Positions 53,203 through 62,737 of a stretch of DNA of 64,000 nt are shown piece after piece. The notes under the pieces were generated by a model. It did no database searches. It saw only the letters and a program-made list of their open reading frames with translations, and was not told where the DNA came from. Position 1 is the first letter of the stretch. Every line of letters begins with the position of its first letter. The stretch comes from Chloroflexota bacterium (lineage in GTDB: Bacteria > Chloroflexota > UBA11872 > VXNJ01), in contig OZ253578.1 of the NCBI GenBank assembly GCA_965263025.1, positions 2,943,300 through 3,007,299 of the forward strand. The letters run 5' to 3'. The position numbers and the translations under genes are program-made.

Positions 53203-53467
53203 CGTTGCCCGGTATCCCTTTAGCATGACCGGGATTCGAGATGTTGCATCCACGCGGATACGTCCTCGAATGTAGTCGCGAGCTACTCGCTCGCGCAGCT
53301 TTCTCATCTTATGGGTATCGCCGCTCGACTTCTCGGTACGAACACTACGATCCTTATAAGGTTCTAACACACGATCTTTGTCGATGGTTAACATCGAGCA
53401 TAAGATTGAATCAAACAACGCTTGGGCCAGGGGCGACTTCATTCGTTGAAACGGATCGGATACTCAT

Positions 53468-53872
53468 TTGGTTACTGAACAGTTGGCAGCCGAAGTCTCA
53501 TTAACGGACGCGGCGGTTGAGGCGTTTCAAGGCATTACGCTCCAAAAGGGTGTGGACGACGCGGCGATGAAGCTGGCGGTCGGGCCGGGGGGCTGCGGCG
53601 GTTATGAGTATCGACTGGGCCTCGCGCGCAAGCCGAAGGCGACGGACCTGGTTTCGGAGTCGAAGGGCATAACCCTTTATCTGGATACAAAGACCCTGCA
53701 TCTGTTCAACGGGTGCACGGTGGATTTCAACGACGGACTGATGGGGCAGGGGTTCTCCGTCAGCAATCCGAGATCGAAGGCCGATTGCGCGTGCGGGCAG
53801 TCATTCAAAGTGTCCGGCGAAGGCTCGGTAGACAGCGGCGCGTGCACGTCGACCGTGGCCGGGCGGGGGTAG
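53468..53872 (+). CDS. HesB/IscA-family iron-sulfur cluster insertion protein
   Basis: 134 aa with a TTG start. It has LTDAAVEA..., GGCGGYEY, and the C-terminal C-x-C-G-x-SF (CACGQSF), with a roughly 20-aa extra tail. Confidence 0.78.
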   Translation: MVTEQLAAEVSLTDAAVEAFQGITLQKGVDDAAMKLAVGPGGCGGYEYRLGLARKPKATDLVSESKGITLYLDTKTLHLFNGCTVDFNDGLMGQGFSVSNPRSKADCACGQSFKVSGEGSVDSGACTSTVAGRG

Positions 53873-53949
53873 AAACCCGGCCAACCCGCCGCGATGCGGA
53901 CGAATAAGCCCAACGTCCAATCCGGCGACGCCAGTTGTTGCCGGATCAG

Positions 53950-55461
53950 CTATCCAGCAGTGTTATCGGTCTGGCAGTCGTAGCCCATCGAGGCCAGAAT
54001 TTCGCGGGTGACGCCGGCTTCGTCCCAAGGCAACACTCTTTCGGCGGTAATGATGCTAGTTTCGTGGCCCTTGCCCGCGAGCAGCACGGTGTCGCCGGGC
54101 TGAGCCGAGCGGAGAATGTGCTCGATTGCGTCGCGGCGATCGAGGATGATCTCAAGCTTTCGGGAGGGTACGCCGGGGCCTGAGCCGACTCCCGCCGCTA
54201 TGTCGCGGGCGATCTTCATTGGGTCTTCGCCGCGAGGATCCTCGCTGGTGATGATGACTTGGTCGGCGAGACGGGCGGCGGCCGCGCCCATCAGCGGCCG
54301 CTTCCGGGTGTCACGCTCTCCCGCGCCCCCGAACGCCAGAAGCAAGCGGCCGTTTCGCTTGCTCAAAGTCTCCAGCACCGACTCCAGGCTGTTGGGCGTG
54401 TGCGCGTAGTCCACAATTACCTCGAACGGCTGTCCGCATTCGACGCGTTGCATCCGGCCGGGGACGCCTGGAAACGCTGCAATGGCATCCGCGCAAACAT
54501 CGAGCGAGACGCCGATGGAGGCCGCGCAGGTCAACGCGGCCAGACAGTTTTCGATGTTGAAGGCGCCGGGAAGGCCCGCGGCTACGGGAATCTCACCCCA
54601 GGGCGTTGACGCGGTGAAGCCGATTCCGTCGCTCGACGCGGTTTCACTCAGAATCTTCACGTCGGCCTCGTTCGCGCGCCCGTAACCCAGCACCGGCCCG
54701 CAAGCCCTTGCGCGCAGTACGTCCCAATGGCGGCTGTCACGGGGCAGAACCACAACCTTGCCCCAATCGCCGCCCTCGGCCTGCGCCTGTATGTCGAGAA
54801 GCCGCGCCTTGGCCTCAACATAGGCCCGCAGGGTCCCGTGATAGTCCAGATGCTCGTGGGTTATGGACGTGAACACCGCGCGATTGAATGCAAATCCAGT
54901 AACGCGATGCTGGTCCAGTCCGTGCGAGGTCGTCTCAAGCACGGCCCATCGCACGTTGCGGTCGCGCATTTCGGCTAGCGTCTGCTGAAGCTCCAGCGAC
55001 GACGGGGTGGTCTGATGGACCAGGTTGGGGCTTGCCTCGCCGCCGGTTGAAATGCTGGCGGTGGTGACCTCGCCGGTCTTGACGCCGGCGCTGCGCAGAA
55101 TCCACGCGATGAGGCTGGCGGTGGTGGTCTTGCCGTCCGTGCCGGTTACGCCTACGAGACCCAGACGCTCGTCGGGCCGGCGGTGGAATGTCTTTGCGAC
55201 GCGCGCGAGCGCGAGACGGGTGTCGGGCGATCTTACCTGGCGGGCCGCCAGCGGAAGGAAGTCTTCGACGAGTAGCGCCGAGGCGCCGTTTTGGAAGGCG
55301 TCGGCGGCGTAGTCATGCCCATCGGCGGCTTCGCCGCGAATGCACACGAATAGCCAGCCGGGACGGACCAGGCGCGAGTCGAAGGCAATCCCGCTTATCT
55401 CGCAGTCGCCGCCGCGCAGATCGGCGTTCGGCAGGTCGGAAATGAGCGACGAAAGCAGCAC
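53950..55461 (-). CDS. murE: UDP-N-acetylmuramoyl-L-alanyl-D-glutamate--diamino acid ligase
   Basis: 503 aa with the P-loop GVTGTDGKTT and Mur ligase middle and C-terminal domains. The specificity motif reads EDPR (the canonical meso-DAP type is DNPR). Confidence 0.88.
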   Translation of the reverse strand: MLLSSLISDLPNADLRGGDCEISGIAFDSRLVRPGWLFVCIRGEAADGHDYAADAFQNGASALLVEDFLPLAARQVRSPDTRLALARVAKTFHRRPDERLGLVGVTGTDGKTTTASLIAWILRSAGVKTGEVTTASISTGGEASPNLVHQTTPSSLELQQTLAEMRDRNVRWAVLETTSHGLDQHRVTGFAFNRAVFTSITHEHLDYHGTLRAYVEAKARLLDIQAQAEGGDWGKVVVLPRDSRHWDVLRARACGPVLGYGRANEADVKILSETASSDGIGFTASTPWGEIPVAAGLPGAFNIENCLAALTCAASIGVSLDVCADAIAAFPGVPGRMQRVECGQPFEVIVDYAHTPNSLESVLETLSKRNGRLLLAFGGAGERDTRKRPLMGAAAARLADQVIITSEDPRGEDPMKIARDIAAGVGSGPGVPSRKLEIILDRRDAIEHILRSAQPGDTVLLAGKGHETSIITAERVLPWDEAGVTREILASMGYDCQTDNTAG

Positions 55462-55471
55462 CTCGGCGCCT

Positions 55472-56560
55472 CTATACAGCGGGAGAAGGTCGGCGGCGTC
55501 CGGAGAGCATTCGTTGCAGCAGCGTTCGCATGGGCAGCGCGATCCGGGTTATCGCCAGATACGTGGAACCCCGAATCGGAAGATCCAGCGTCGCCGAGTG
55601 CTGGACGAGGCATGGTCGAAATCCCGCCTTGAACCTGTGGACTCCGGCCATCGGATCGTTTTCGGCTTCGAGATCGGCCATTCCCCAAAAGTCGTACGTC
55701 GAGCAGCCGCGCCGTCTGGCCCAGCGCATCGCTTCCCACTGAAGCAGGTAATTAGACATGGTGTTGCGATAGCGGTCCGACGACGCGCCGTAGAGGTAGG
55801 TGGCCATATCGCCGCAGATTACGGCGAAGAGGGCGCCGACGTCTTCGCCGTTGACGCTGGCGATAAACAGGCGGCGGCTCGATTTCCCCAGAGTGTCCCA
55901 GACGGCTCGATAGTATCCCGCGCCGTGAACCGCGAAACCGTCGCGTAAGCCGGTAACTGCGGTTAGCCGGTAGAACGAGTCGAGGTCGGTCGCGCTGTCG
56001 GCGACGCGAACGTCAACGCCGCGCCGCATCGCCAGGCGCACGTTGTAGCGGGTCTTTGATTTGAAGCCGGCGATAAGCTCGTCTTCGGAGCGGTCGAGCG
56101 CAACGTAACCGGTCGACCGAACCTGAACGTATTGCGGCGCGGGCCTGAATCCGCGCTCACGCATCGCCGTGAGCGCCGCGGGCGAACATTCGGCCGCCGG
56201 CTCGACTCTAACGAACGAAGCGCCCGCCCGGCCCGCTCGTTCGACCGCGGCGTCGATCAGCGCGCGAGACTGACGCGTGGTTGCGTCGCCAAACGGACCA
56301 CGCGGCGCGTAGGCGAGCCCAAGGCGCGGCAGAACCGGCAAGATGCGCCTGGTCTTGACGAGCATCTGGAGGGCACCGCCGGAGCCGCCATCGGGACTCG
56401 AAACCGCGAGTCGAACGGGCGTCCAGCCGAACCGGCGCTTAAGCTCGCCCCACTCCCACGACTGCAAGAAGCTGGGGCGCTCGCGGCCGGCGAGAAGCGA
56501 GTTCCATTCGTCCCGCGAGCGGACTTCGCGCACGCGGGCGGTTTTCGTTACCGCGGCCAC
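55472..56560 (-). CDS. FemAB-family peptidoglycan interpeptide-bridge aminoacyltransferase
   Basis: 362 aa with the opening ...SFLQSWEWGELKRRFGW... and a two-GNAT-like-lobe layout characteristic of the FemX/FemAB (lipid II aminoacyl transferase) family. Confidence 0.75.
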   Translation of the reverse strand: MAAVTKTARVREVRSRDEWNSLLAGRERPSFLQSWEWGELKRRFGWTPVRLAVSSPDGGSGGALQMLVKTRRILPVLPRLGLAYAPRGPFGDATTRQSRALIDAAVERAGRAGASFVRVEPAAECSPAALTAMRERGFRPAPQYVQVRSTGYVALDRSEDELIAGFKSKTRYNVRLAMRRGVDVRVADSATDLDSFYRLTAVTGLRDGFAVHGAGYYRAVWDTLGKSSRRLFIASVNGEDVGALFAVICGDMATYLYGASSDRYRNTMSNYLLQWEAMRWARRRGCSTYDFWGMADLEAENDPMAGVHRFKAGFRPCLVQHSATLDLPIRGSTYLAITRIALPMRTLLQRMLSGRRRPSPAV

Positions 56561-56570
56561 TCCAAGGCTC

Positions 56571-57257
56571 CTACGCCCGCTTGATTCCCGTGTGCAGGGC
56601 TACGCTTCCCATACCGAGCTTTGCGTAGGTCACGTTCTCAAATCCGGAGTGCGAAATCAAGTCTGCCAGCTCGGGCGCCGCCGGAAACGCGTCGACCGAA
56701 CGCGGGAGGTATGCGTAAGCGAATGGATGGCGGCTTACGAGCCTGCCGATCAAGGGAACTACGTGGTGAAAGTAGAACCGAAAGACACGCGCGAGCGGTC
56801 CCCAGCCTACCGGCGTCATCTCCAGCACGACCAGCCGGCCGCGAGGCTTCAGAACCTCGGCGACCGCGCCGAGCGCACCGCCGAGGTCGGGGACGTTTCG
56901 CAGCGTGAAGGCGGTCACGACCGCATCGACCGAATTGCGGGCAAACGGCAGATTACGGGCGTCGGCGGCTGTCAGATGCAGCGACGCGCCCAGTCGATCC
57001 GACCGCCGGCGGGCGGAGCGCAACATCGCGATCGAGAAGTCTGCGCCTATCACGTTGAGGCCGGGGAGAGCGGTCTTCTTGAGCATTAGCGCCAGGTCGC
57101 CGGTGCCGGCGCCCAGGTCGATCACACTGCTGGGATCGTCGCTCAGGCAAGTCCTGACGGCTTGCTTGCGCCAGGCGCCGTCCATGCCGAGGCTGATGAC
57201 GCGGTTGAGCAGGTCGTAGGTCGGGACAATCGCGTCGAACATCGACCTGACGTCCAC
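56571..57257 (-). CDS. ubiE: demethylmenaquinone / ubiquinone C-methyltransferase (UbiE/MenG family)
   Basis: 228 aa with MFDAIVPTYDLLNRVISLGMDGAWR (the UbiE signature) and SAM motif I VIDLGAGTG. Confidence 0.85.
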   Translation of the reverse strand: MDVRSMFDAIVPTYDLLNRVISLGMDGAWRKQAVRTCLSDDPSSVIDLGAGTGDLALMLKKTALPGLNVIGADFSIAMLRSARRRSDRLGASLHLTAADARNLPFARNSVDAVVTAFTLRNVPDLGGALGAVAEVLKPRGRLVVLEMTPVGWGPLARVFRFYFHHVVPLIGRLVSRHPFAYAYLPRSVDAFPAAPELADLISHSGFENVTYAKLGMGSVALHTGIKRA

Positions 57258-57276
57258 TCTGTCGCTGGCGAGATTG

Positions 57277-58272
57277 TTACGAGAGTCGATTGATGACGTA
57301 ATGCGTGAGGTCTTCCAGCGCGGCGCGGTTTCTACCGGCGGGGAGTTGGGCGACGAAGGCCCGGGCCTTCTCAGCGTACGATTCGGCGTCGGCCATGGCC
57401 TGCTCGACGGCCCCCGACTCGCGGATCTCCCAGATCGCCCGTCTCAATTCCCGGTCCGAGCCGGTTGGCCGGTCGATGATGCGCCGGACGAGGCTCCCGT
57501 CGGCTCGACGGTTGTTCAGAAAGTAGATTGTGGGGAGGGTGAGCACGCCCTGGCGCAGATCGTTGCCGACGGGCTTGCCGGTATCGCTTTCGTCGCCCAT
57601 GACGTCAAGAATGTCGTCGGTAATTTGGAAGGCTATGCCCAGGTTGGTTCCGTAGCCGCGCATGGCGGCGAGAGCAGGCTCGCCGGCGTCGGCGAGCTCG
57701 GCCGACGCCTCGCAGCAGAGAGCGAACAGCGAGGCGGTTTTCCCCTCGATTTTGAGCAAATAGTCTTCCAGCATTCCGTCCGAGCCATCGCGAAAATCCG
57801 GCGCGCCGAACTCGCTGCGGCACATCTTCATGATGGTGTCGGCGAACATTCGCACGATTCGAGGACGCCCCAGGGAGGCGACGAGGTCGGCTGCGGCGGC
57901 AAACAGGAAGTCGCCGCTCAAAACCGCGGCGGCCTGCGACCACATGACGTGAACGGCCTTGCCGCCGCGCCTTGAATCGGCGCCGTCCACAATGTCGTCG
58001 TGCACGAGGGTGGCCGAGTGCAAACACTCGGTGGCGGCAGCCAGTCCGATCGCCCCGTCGCTCGATCTCTCAAACGCGGCGGACGACAACAGGACGATCG
58101 CCGGTCTGATCCGTTTTCCGGTATTGCCCAGCGAGAATTTGAGTACGGCGCCGAGCGTGTTGCCACTTTCGGGAGCTGAAATCCCGGACAGGCGCGCGTC
58201 GACCCTATCCATCGAGGGCTGGACATGCGCCAGAATCTCGGCAAGCTTCGGCGCGTGCCGGGTCGATTTCAA
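57277..58272 (-). CDS. trans-polyprenyl diphosphate synthase (hepta/octaprenyl type)
   Basis: 331 aa with the first and second Asp-rich motifs LVHDDIVDGADSRRG and FQITDDILD. Confidence 0.85.
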   Translation of the reverse strand: MKSTRHAPKLAEILAHVQPSMDRVDARLSGISAPESGNTLGAVLKFSLGNTGKRIRPAIVLLSSAAFERSSDGAIGLAAATECLHSATLVHDDIVDGADSRRGGKAVHVMWSQAAAVLSGDFLFAAAADLVASLGRPRIVRMFADTIMKMCRSEFGAPDFRDGSDGMLEDYLLKIEGKTASLFALCCEASAELADAGEPALAAMRGYGTNLGIAFQITDDILDVMGDESDTGKPVGNDLRQGVLTLPTIYFLNNRRADGSLVRRIIDRPTGSDRELRRAIWEIRESGAVEQAMADAESYAEKARAFVAQLPAGRNRAALEDLTHYVINRLS

Positions 58273-59039
58273 AACGCGCCGTCCAAGCGGAACAGCCTTG
58301 AGGCGTTGCGGTAAGTCAGATGCGCGATTCGTTCAGTCGTTTCGCCCCGGACCTGCGCCATCCGCTCCACGACCTGGACTACGCAGGCCGGCTCATTTCG
58401 CTTTCGCCGGTCTGGTGCAGGCGACAGATACGGGCAATCGGTTTCGACGAGGATGCGGTCTGCCGGCACAATTCTGGCGGCTTCGCGAACCGGTTGCCCG
58501 GACCCGTACGTTATGACGCCCGAGAAGGAAATGTGCAAGCCCCTCTCCAGAAAACCCGCAAGTTCCGATGGCCCCCCAGTGTAGCAGTGAATGACGCCGG
58601 CTCCCTGGTAGTCGCGCAGGCGCCGCGCCGCCTCGCAAAAGGCGTCTCGGACGTGGACTATAACCGGGAGGCCGGTGTCGGCCGCCAGTTGAAGATGCGA
58701 CTGGAACGAACGCTGCTGGACCGCTCGGGACTGGAGGTTGCGATAGAAGTCCAGTCCGGTCTCGCCGATTGCGACGACGGCTGGATTCTGGGCCAGCAGC
58801 GAAAGCTCGGCGATAGCGTCCTCGTCGGTTTCGTCGGAACTGTGCGGATGGATTCCGACGGCGGCGAACAAACCCTGGCAATTCGCGGCGAGCTCGATGG
58901 CCCGGCGGCTGGAAGGCAGGTCATATCCGACTACAACCGCGGCGGTCACGCCGGCGCTGTTCGCGCGCCGCCAGACTTGCTCGGCGTCGCCGCTGAACCG
59001 GGGAGAGTTCAGGTGGACGTGCGAATCGAATACGGGCAA
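58269..59039 (-). CDS. tatD: TatD-family metal-dependent hydrolase/DNase
   Basis: 256 aa with the opening FDSHVHL and later HxH/E/D metal ligands (IHCYTG, ETDCPYL). It overlaps the next gene by 4 nt and follows metG as in B. subtilis. Confidence 0.85.
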   Translation of the reverse strand: MPVFDSHVHLNSPRFSGDAEQVWRRANSAGVTAAVVVGYDLPSSRRAIELAANCQGLFAAVGIHPHSSDETDEDAIAELSLLAQNPAVVAIGETGLDFYRNLQSRAVQQRSFQSHLQLAADTGLPVIVHVRDAFCEAARRLRDYQGAGVIHCYTGGPSELAGFLERGLHISFSGVITYGSGQPVREAARIVPADRILVETDCPYLSPAPDRRKRNEPACVVQVVERMAQVRGETTERIAHLTYRNASRLFRLDGAF

Positions 59040-59112
59040 CTGAATTAGTTCGGACAGATGTCAGACAAGCGCTGGCTGGCGAACCAGCTTACGTCGTGAT
59101 CGCCTGGCGGGT

Positions 59113-60636
59113 TTACGCAATACGCGGAAATATGGGCTGCCCGCCCGGAATGCGGGAACCGGGCGAGAGACCGCCCCACGCGCTTTGATCGAGCCATGCC
59201 GCGCCTTTGATGGCGGGAAGTCCCAACTGGGCGTAGATCTTGTCGGAAGTCTCGGGAATCGCGGGCGCGGCCAGAAGGGCCGCATTTCGAACTCCCTCGG
59301 CGAGGTTGTAGAGGATGGTGTCGAGGCGCCCGGCCTGGCCGTCGTCGGACGCGAGCATGTACGGCCTGGTTGCGTCAACGTAGCGGTTGGCCGCGCGCAC
59401 CAGCACCCACAGTTCCGACAGCGCTTCGCTGAACATCCACTGGTCGAATCCGTTATCGACTGACTCCCAGGCTTGGCGCGCGGCCGATTTCAGCTCGCGC
59501 TCGGCATCGGTATCCGGTCCCGGCGCTGGCAGTATTCCATCGCGGTAACGCCGCAGCATGGTTACGGTCCGGTTGAGAAGGTTGCCCAGGTCGTTGCCAA
59601 GCTCGTTGTGATAGCGGGCGTCCAATCCCTCGGAGGTGAAGCTGCCGTCGCGCTGAAAGGGAATCTCCCGGAGGAGGTAGTAACGAAGTGGATCTACGCC
59701 GTACTTGCCGATTACGTCGGCGGGGGCCACGCCGATTCCGGCCGACTTGCTCATTTTTCTGCCGCCGAAGTCGATGAACCCATGAACGACGATTGTCTTT
59801 GGAATCTCAAGCCCGGCCGCCATGAGCATGGCCGGCCAGTAGATTGCGTGAAAACGCCAGATGTCCTTGCCGATTACGTGGATGTCGGCGGGCCACAGCC
59901 TGGCGAGACGTTCGTCGTCGTATCCGTAACCGGCCAAGGTCGCGTAGTTGATGAGCGCGTCGAACCAGACGTAGATGACTTGCGAGCCGTCGATCGGCAG
60001 CGGAATGCCCCAGTCCTGCCCGGCTCTCGAAACGCTGAAGTCCCTGAGACCCCGGCGGATAAGCCCCAGCACCTCGTTCTTGCGGGATTCGGGTATTACG
60101 AAATCCGGGTTCTCGTCGAAGTGCTTTAGCAGCCGGTCCTGGTACTTCGAAAGCGCGAAGAAATAGTTGTCCTCGGACAGCCACTCGGGTTTCGTGCCGT
60201 GGACGGGGCAGTTGCCGTCGACCAGATCCGGGTTCGGATAGTAGTTTTCGCAGGAAAGGCAATACCAGCCCTCGTATTTGCCCTTGTAGATGTCGCCGTT
60301 TTCGTAGACGGCGTTGAAAAACTGTCGAGACGCGTCGACGTGACGCGGTTCGGTGGTCCTGATGAATTCGTCGTAGGAAACGTTCAAACTGCTCCACAAA
60401 CCCTTGAAATTCGGCGACATTTCGTCGACGAATTCCTGGGGGGACTTGCCAGCCTCGCGAGCCGTCTTGGCCACGTTGAGGCTGTTCTCGTCTACTCCCG
60501 TGGAGAGAAAGACGTCGAAGCCCTTGAGGCGCTTGTACCTGGCGAAGGCGTCGGCCCCGATTTTTTCGAGGGCGTGGCCCAGGTGGGGGTTCGCGTTGGG
60601 ATAATCTATCGCGGTCGTTATGTAATAGGTGCTCAC
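59113..60636 (-). CDS. metG: methionine--tRNA ligase
   Basis: I set the start at the GTG at 60636 (VSTYYITTAIDYPNANPHLGH). It has the HIGH-type motif HLGH and KMSKS, and is 507 aa. The longer ORF-track N-terminus is not conserved-looking. Confidence 0.88.
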   Translation of the reverse strand: MSTYYITTAIDYPNANPHLGHALEKIGADAFARYKRLKGFDVFLSTGVDENSLNVAKTAREAGKSPQEFVDEMSPNFKGLWSSLNVSYDEFIRTTEPRHVDASRQFFNAVYENGDIYKGKYEGWYCLSCENYYPNPDLVDGNCPVHGTKPEWLSEDNYFFALSKYQDRLLKHFDENPDFVIPESRKNEVLGLIRRGLRDFSVSRAGQDWGIPLPIDGSQVIYVWFDALINYATLAGYGYDDERLARLWPADIHVIGKDIWRFHAIYWPAMLMAAGLEIPKTIVVHGFIDFGGRKMSKSAGIGVAPADVIGKYGVDPLRYYLLREIPFQRDGSFTSEGLDARYHNELGNDLGNLLNRTVTMLRRYRDGILPAPGPDTDAERELKSAARQAWESVDNGFDQWMFSEALSELWVLVRAANRYVDATRPYMLASDDGQAGRLDTILYNLAEGVRNAALLAAPAIPETSDKIYAQLGLPAIKGAAWLDQSAWGGLSPGSRIPGGQPIFPRIA

Positions 60637-60793
60637 CGGGACCCGAGGGAAATTGCTAAAAGGACGAGCGTGTAGATACAGGCGAAAAATGTTATCACGG
60701 AGCAAAGCGTGTCCGGGTCTGGTTTCCGGCCTGACGCGGTTTGGCTTGCACAAGCGCCGGCAGCGGCTTTCCACTCACCTGACGGAGGCGTAA

Positions 60794-62602
60794 TTGACCG
60801 TGAATAACCACTCTGCCACCGCCAGCAGCGCCGACGGCGTTGCCTGGGACCTGAGCGATCTGTATTCCGGCGCGGACGATTCGAAGATCGATTCCGATCT
60901 CGATTCCGCCGAAGCGCGGGCGGGCGAATTCGTCGCGCGCTATCGGGGCAAGCTCGCCTCGCTCAGCCCGGCCGAGCTTGCCGAGGGGATAGCGGAGCTT
61001 GAACAGATAAGCGAGCTCGCGGACGCCGCGGCGATATTCGCTCAGCTTCTGCACGCGGCGAAAAGCGACGACCCGGCGCGCGGCAAGCTGGTGGCCCACG
61101 CGACCGAGCGAAACTCGGCGATCAGAAACAAGCTCGTCTTCTTCGAGCTGGAATGGGCGGCGCTGGACGAGGCAGCCGCTGGTGATCTGATGAACGACCC
61201 GGCGCTTCGGCGGTACCGGCATTTTCTTGAAACGGAGCGGCGGTTCAAGCCGCACCGACTCAGCGAGCCGGAGGAGATGCTGCTGGAGCGAAAGTCCAAC
61301 ACCGGCGCGCGCGCGTTTTCCCGCCTCTTCGACGAGGTGACCGGGCGGCTGGCGTGCAGTGTCGAAGTGGATGGCGAAACCCGGCGGCTGAACGAATCGG
61401 AGACGCTGGCGCTGTTGTACGACCCGGAGCGCGATACGCGCCGAGCGGCGGCGGAGGCGATGACGGTCACGCTTCGGGAGCAGAGCCATCTGCTGACCTA
61501 CGTGATGAACACGCTCGTCCAGGATCACAAGATCGACGATGAGCTGCGGTCGTTCCCCACGCCGATGGCGTCCCGGAATCTTGCCAACGAGATCAGCGAA
61601 CGCTCCGTCGGGGCGCTGATCGAAAGCTGCGTGTCGGCTTATCCGACGGTTCATCGCTTCTACCGTCTTAAAAAGCGGCTCCTGGGCTACGACGAGCTAT
61701 ACGACTACGACCGCTACGCGCCGATCGCCGGCGAGACGCCCGAATGCGGCTGGGAAGACTGCAAAACCATCGTGCGCGACGCCTACGCCTCGTTCGCGCC
61801 GGAAGCCGCCGGGATAGTGGACAAATTCTTCGAGGGCAACTGGATCGACGCGGAGCTGAGGTCGGGCAAGCGCGGTGGGGCGTTCAGCGCCAGCGGACCG
61901 ACGTACGCTCACCCCTACATTCTCGCGAACTACACCGACAGGCTGCGCGACGTCGTCACGATCGCCCACGAACTGGGGCACGGCATCCATCAATACCTCG
62001 CCCGCGGCGTGGGCTATCTACAACAGGACACGCCGCTTACGACCGCGGAAATGGCGTCGGTCTTTGGCGAGATGATCGTCTTCCACCGGCTAATGGATAG
62101 CGAGGACGATCCGAAGGTCCGGCTGTCGCTGCTGACGGGCAAGATCGAAGACGCATTCGCGACCGTGTTCAGGCAGATAGTTCTCTGCCGGTTCGAGCAA
62201 CTGGTGCACGAGAACCGGCGCGAGGCCGGCGAGCTTGAGACGGAGCGCATTAGCGAGCTCTGGATGCAGGCTAATCGCCCGATGCACGGCGAGACCGTGA
62301 CGCTCACGGATGATTACTCGATCTGGTGGAGCTACATTCCGCATTTCATTCACGTGCCGTTCTATACCTACGCGTACGCGTTCGGCGAGCTGCTGGTGCT
62401 GGCGCTGTACAGGCTCTACCAGGATGAGGGTCGGACGTTCGTTCCGAAGTACATGGAGATGCTTGCCAGGGGCGGGAGCGCCTCTCCGTCGGAGCTAGTG
62501 GCGCCGTTTGGCGTGGACATCGACGATCCGGATTTCTGGCAGCGCGGCCTGGCGCTGCTCGACGAGATGGTGACGCAGGCTGAGGAACTGGCGGGCGAGT
62601 AA
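60794..62602 (+). CDS. pepF: M3B-family oligoendopeptidase F
   Basis: 602 aa with a TTG start after GGAGG, the zinc motif HELGHGIH, and overall PepF length and layout. Confidence 0.85.
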   Translation: MTVNNHSATASSADGVAWDLSDLYSGADDSKIDSDLDSAEARAGEFVARYRGKLASLSPAELAEGIAELEQISELADAAAIFAQLLHAAKSDDPARGKLVAHATERNSAIRNKLVFFELEWAALDEAAAGDLMNDPALRRYRHFLETERRFKPHRLSEPEEMLLERKSNTGARAFSRLFDEVTGRLACSVEVDGETRRLNESETLALLYDPERDTRRAAAEAMTVTLREQSHLLTYVMNTLVQDHKIDDELRSFPTPMASRNLANEISERSVGALIESCVSAYPTVHRFYRLKKRLLGYDELYDYDRYAPIAGETPECGWEDCKTIVRDAYASFAPEAAGIVDKFFEGNWIDAELRSGKRGGAFSASGPTYAHPYILANYTDRLRDVVTIAHELGHGIHQYLARGVGYLQQDTPLTTAEMASVFGEMIVFHRLMDSEDDPKVRLSLLTGKIEDAFATVFRQIVLCRFEQLVHENRREAGELETERISELWMQANRPMHGETVTLTDDYSIWWSYIPHFIHVPFYTYAYAFGELLVLALYRLYQDEGRTFVPKYMEMLARGGSASPSELVAPFGVDIDDPDFWQRGLALLDEMVTQAEELAGE

Positions 62603-62737
62603 ATCGTAACCCCCCGCCACAGTTACCCACGCCCGGCTGACGCGACATGGCCCGAACTAGCGGATTACGGGCGAGCGAGAATCGCCGGACGCCGCGTTAG
62701 GTCGGGCGTGACAGGCGCGCTCGACCGGATGGCCGGG

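Noticed and set aside
60695-61654. A 319-aa ORF on the minus strand. Similar long antisense ORFs lie at 16962-17891, 25824-26687, 31007-31849, 41522-42256, 42249-42965, 43107-43778, 44153-44806, 55340-55948, 57274-57975 and 58320-59048.
   Set aside because: Each lies opposite a gene with strong family motifs (pepF, lysC, the R3H ATPase, the dehydrogenase, the 5'-nucleotidase, SLC13, femX, the polyprenyl synthase and tatD). Each has a low-complexity Arg/Gly/Pro-rich composition.
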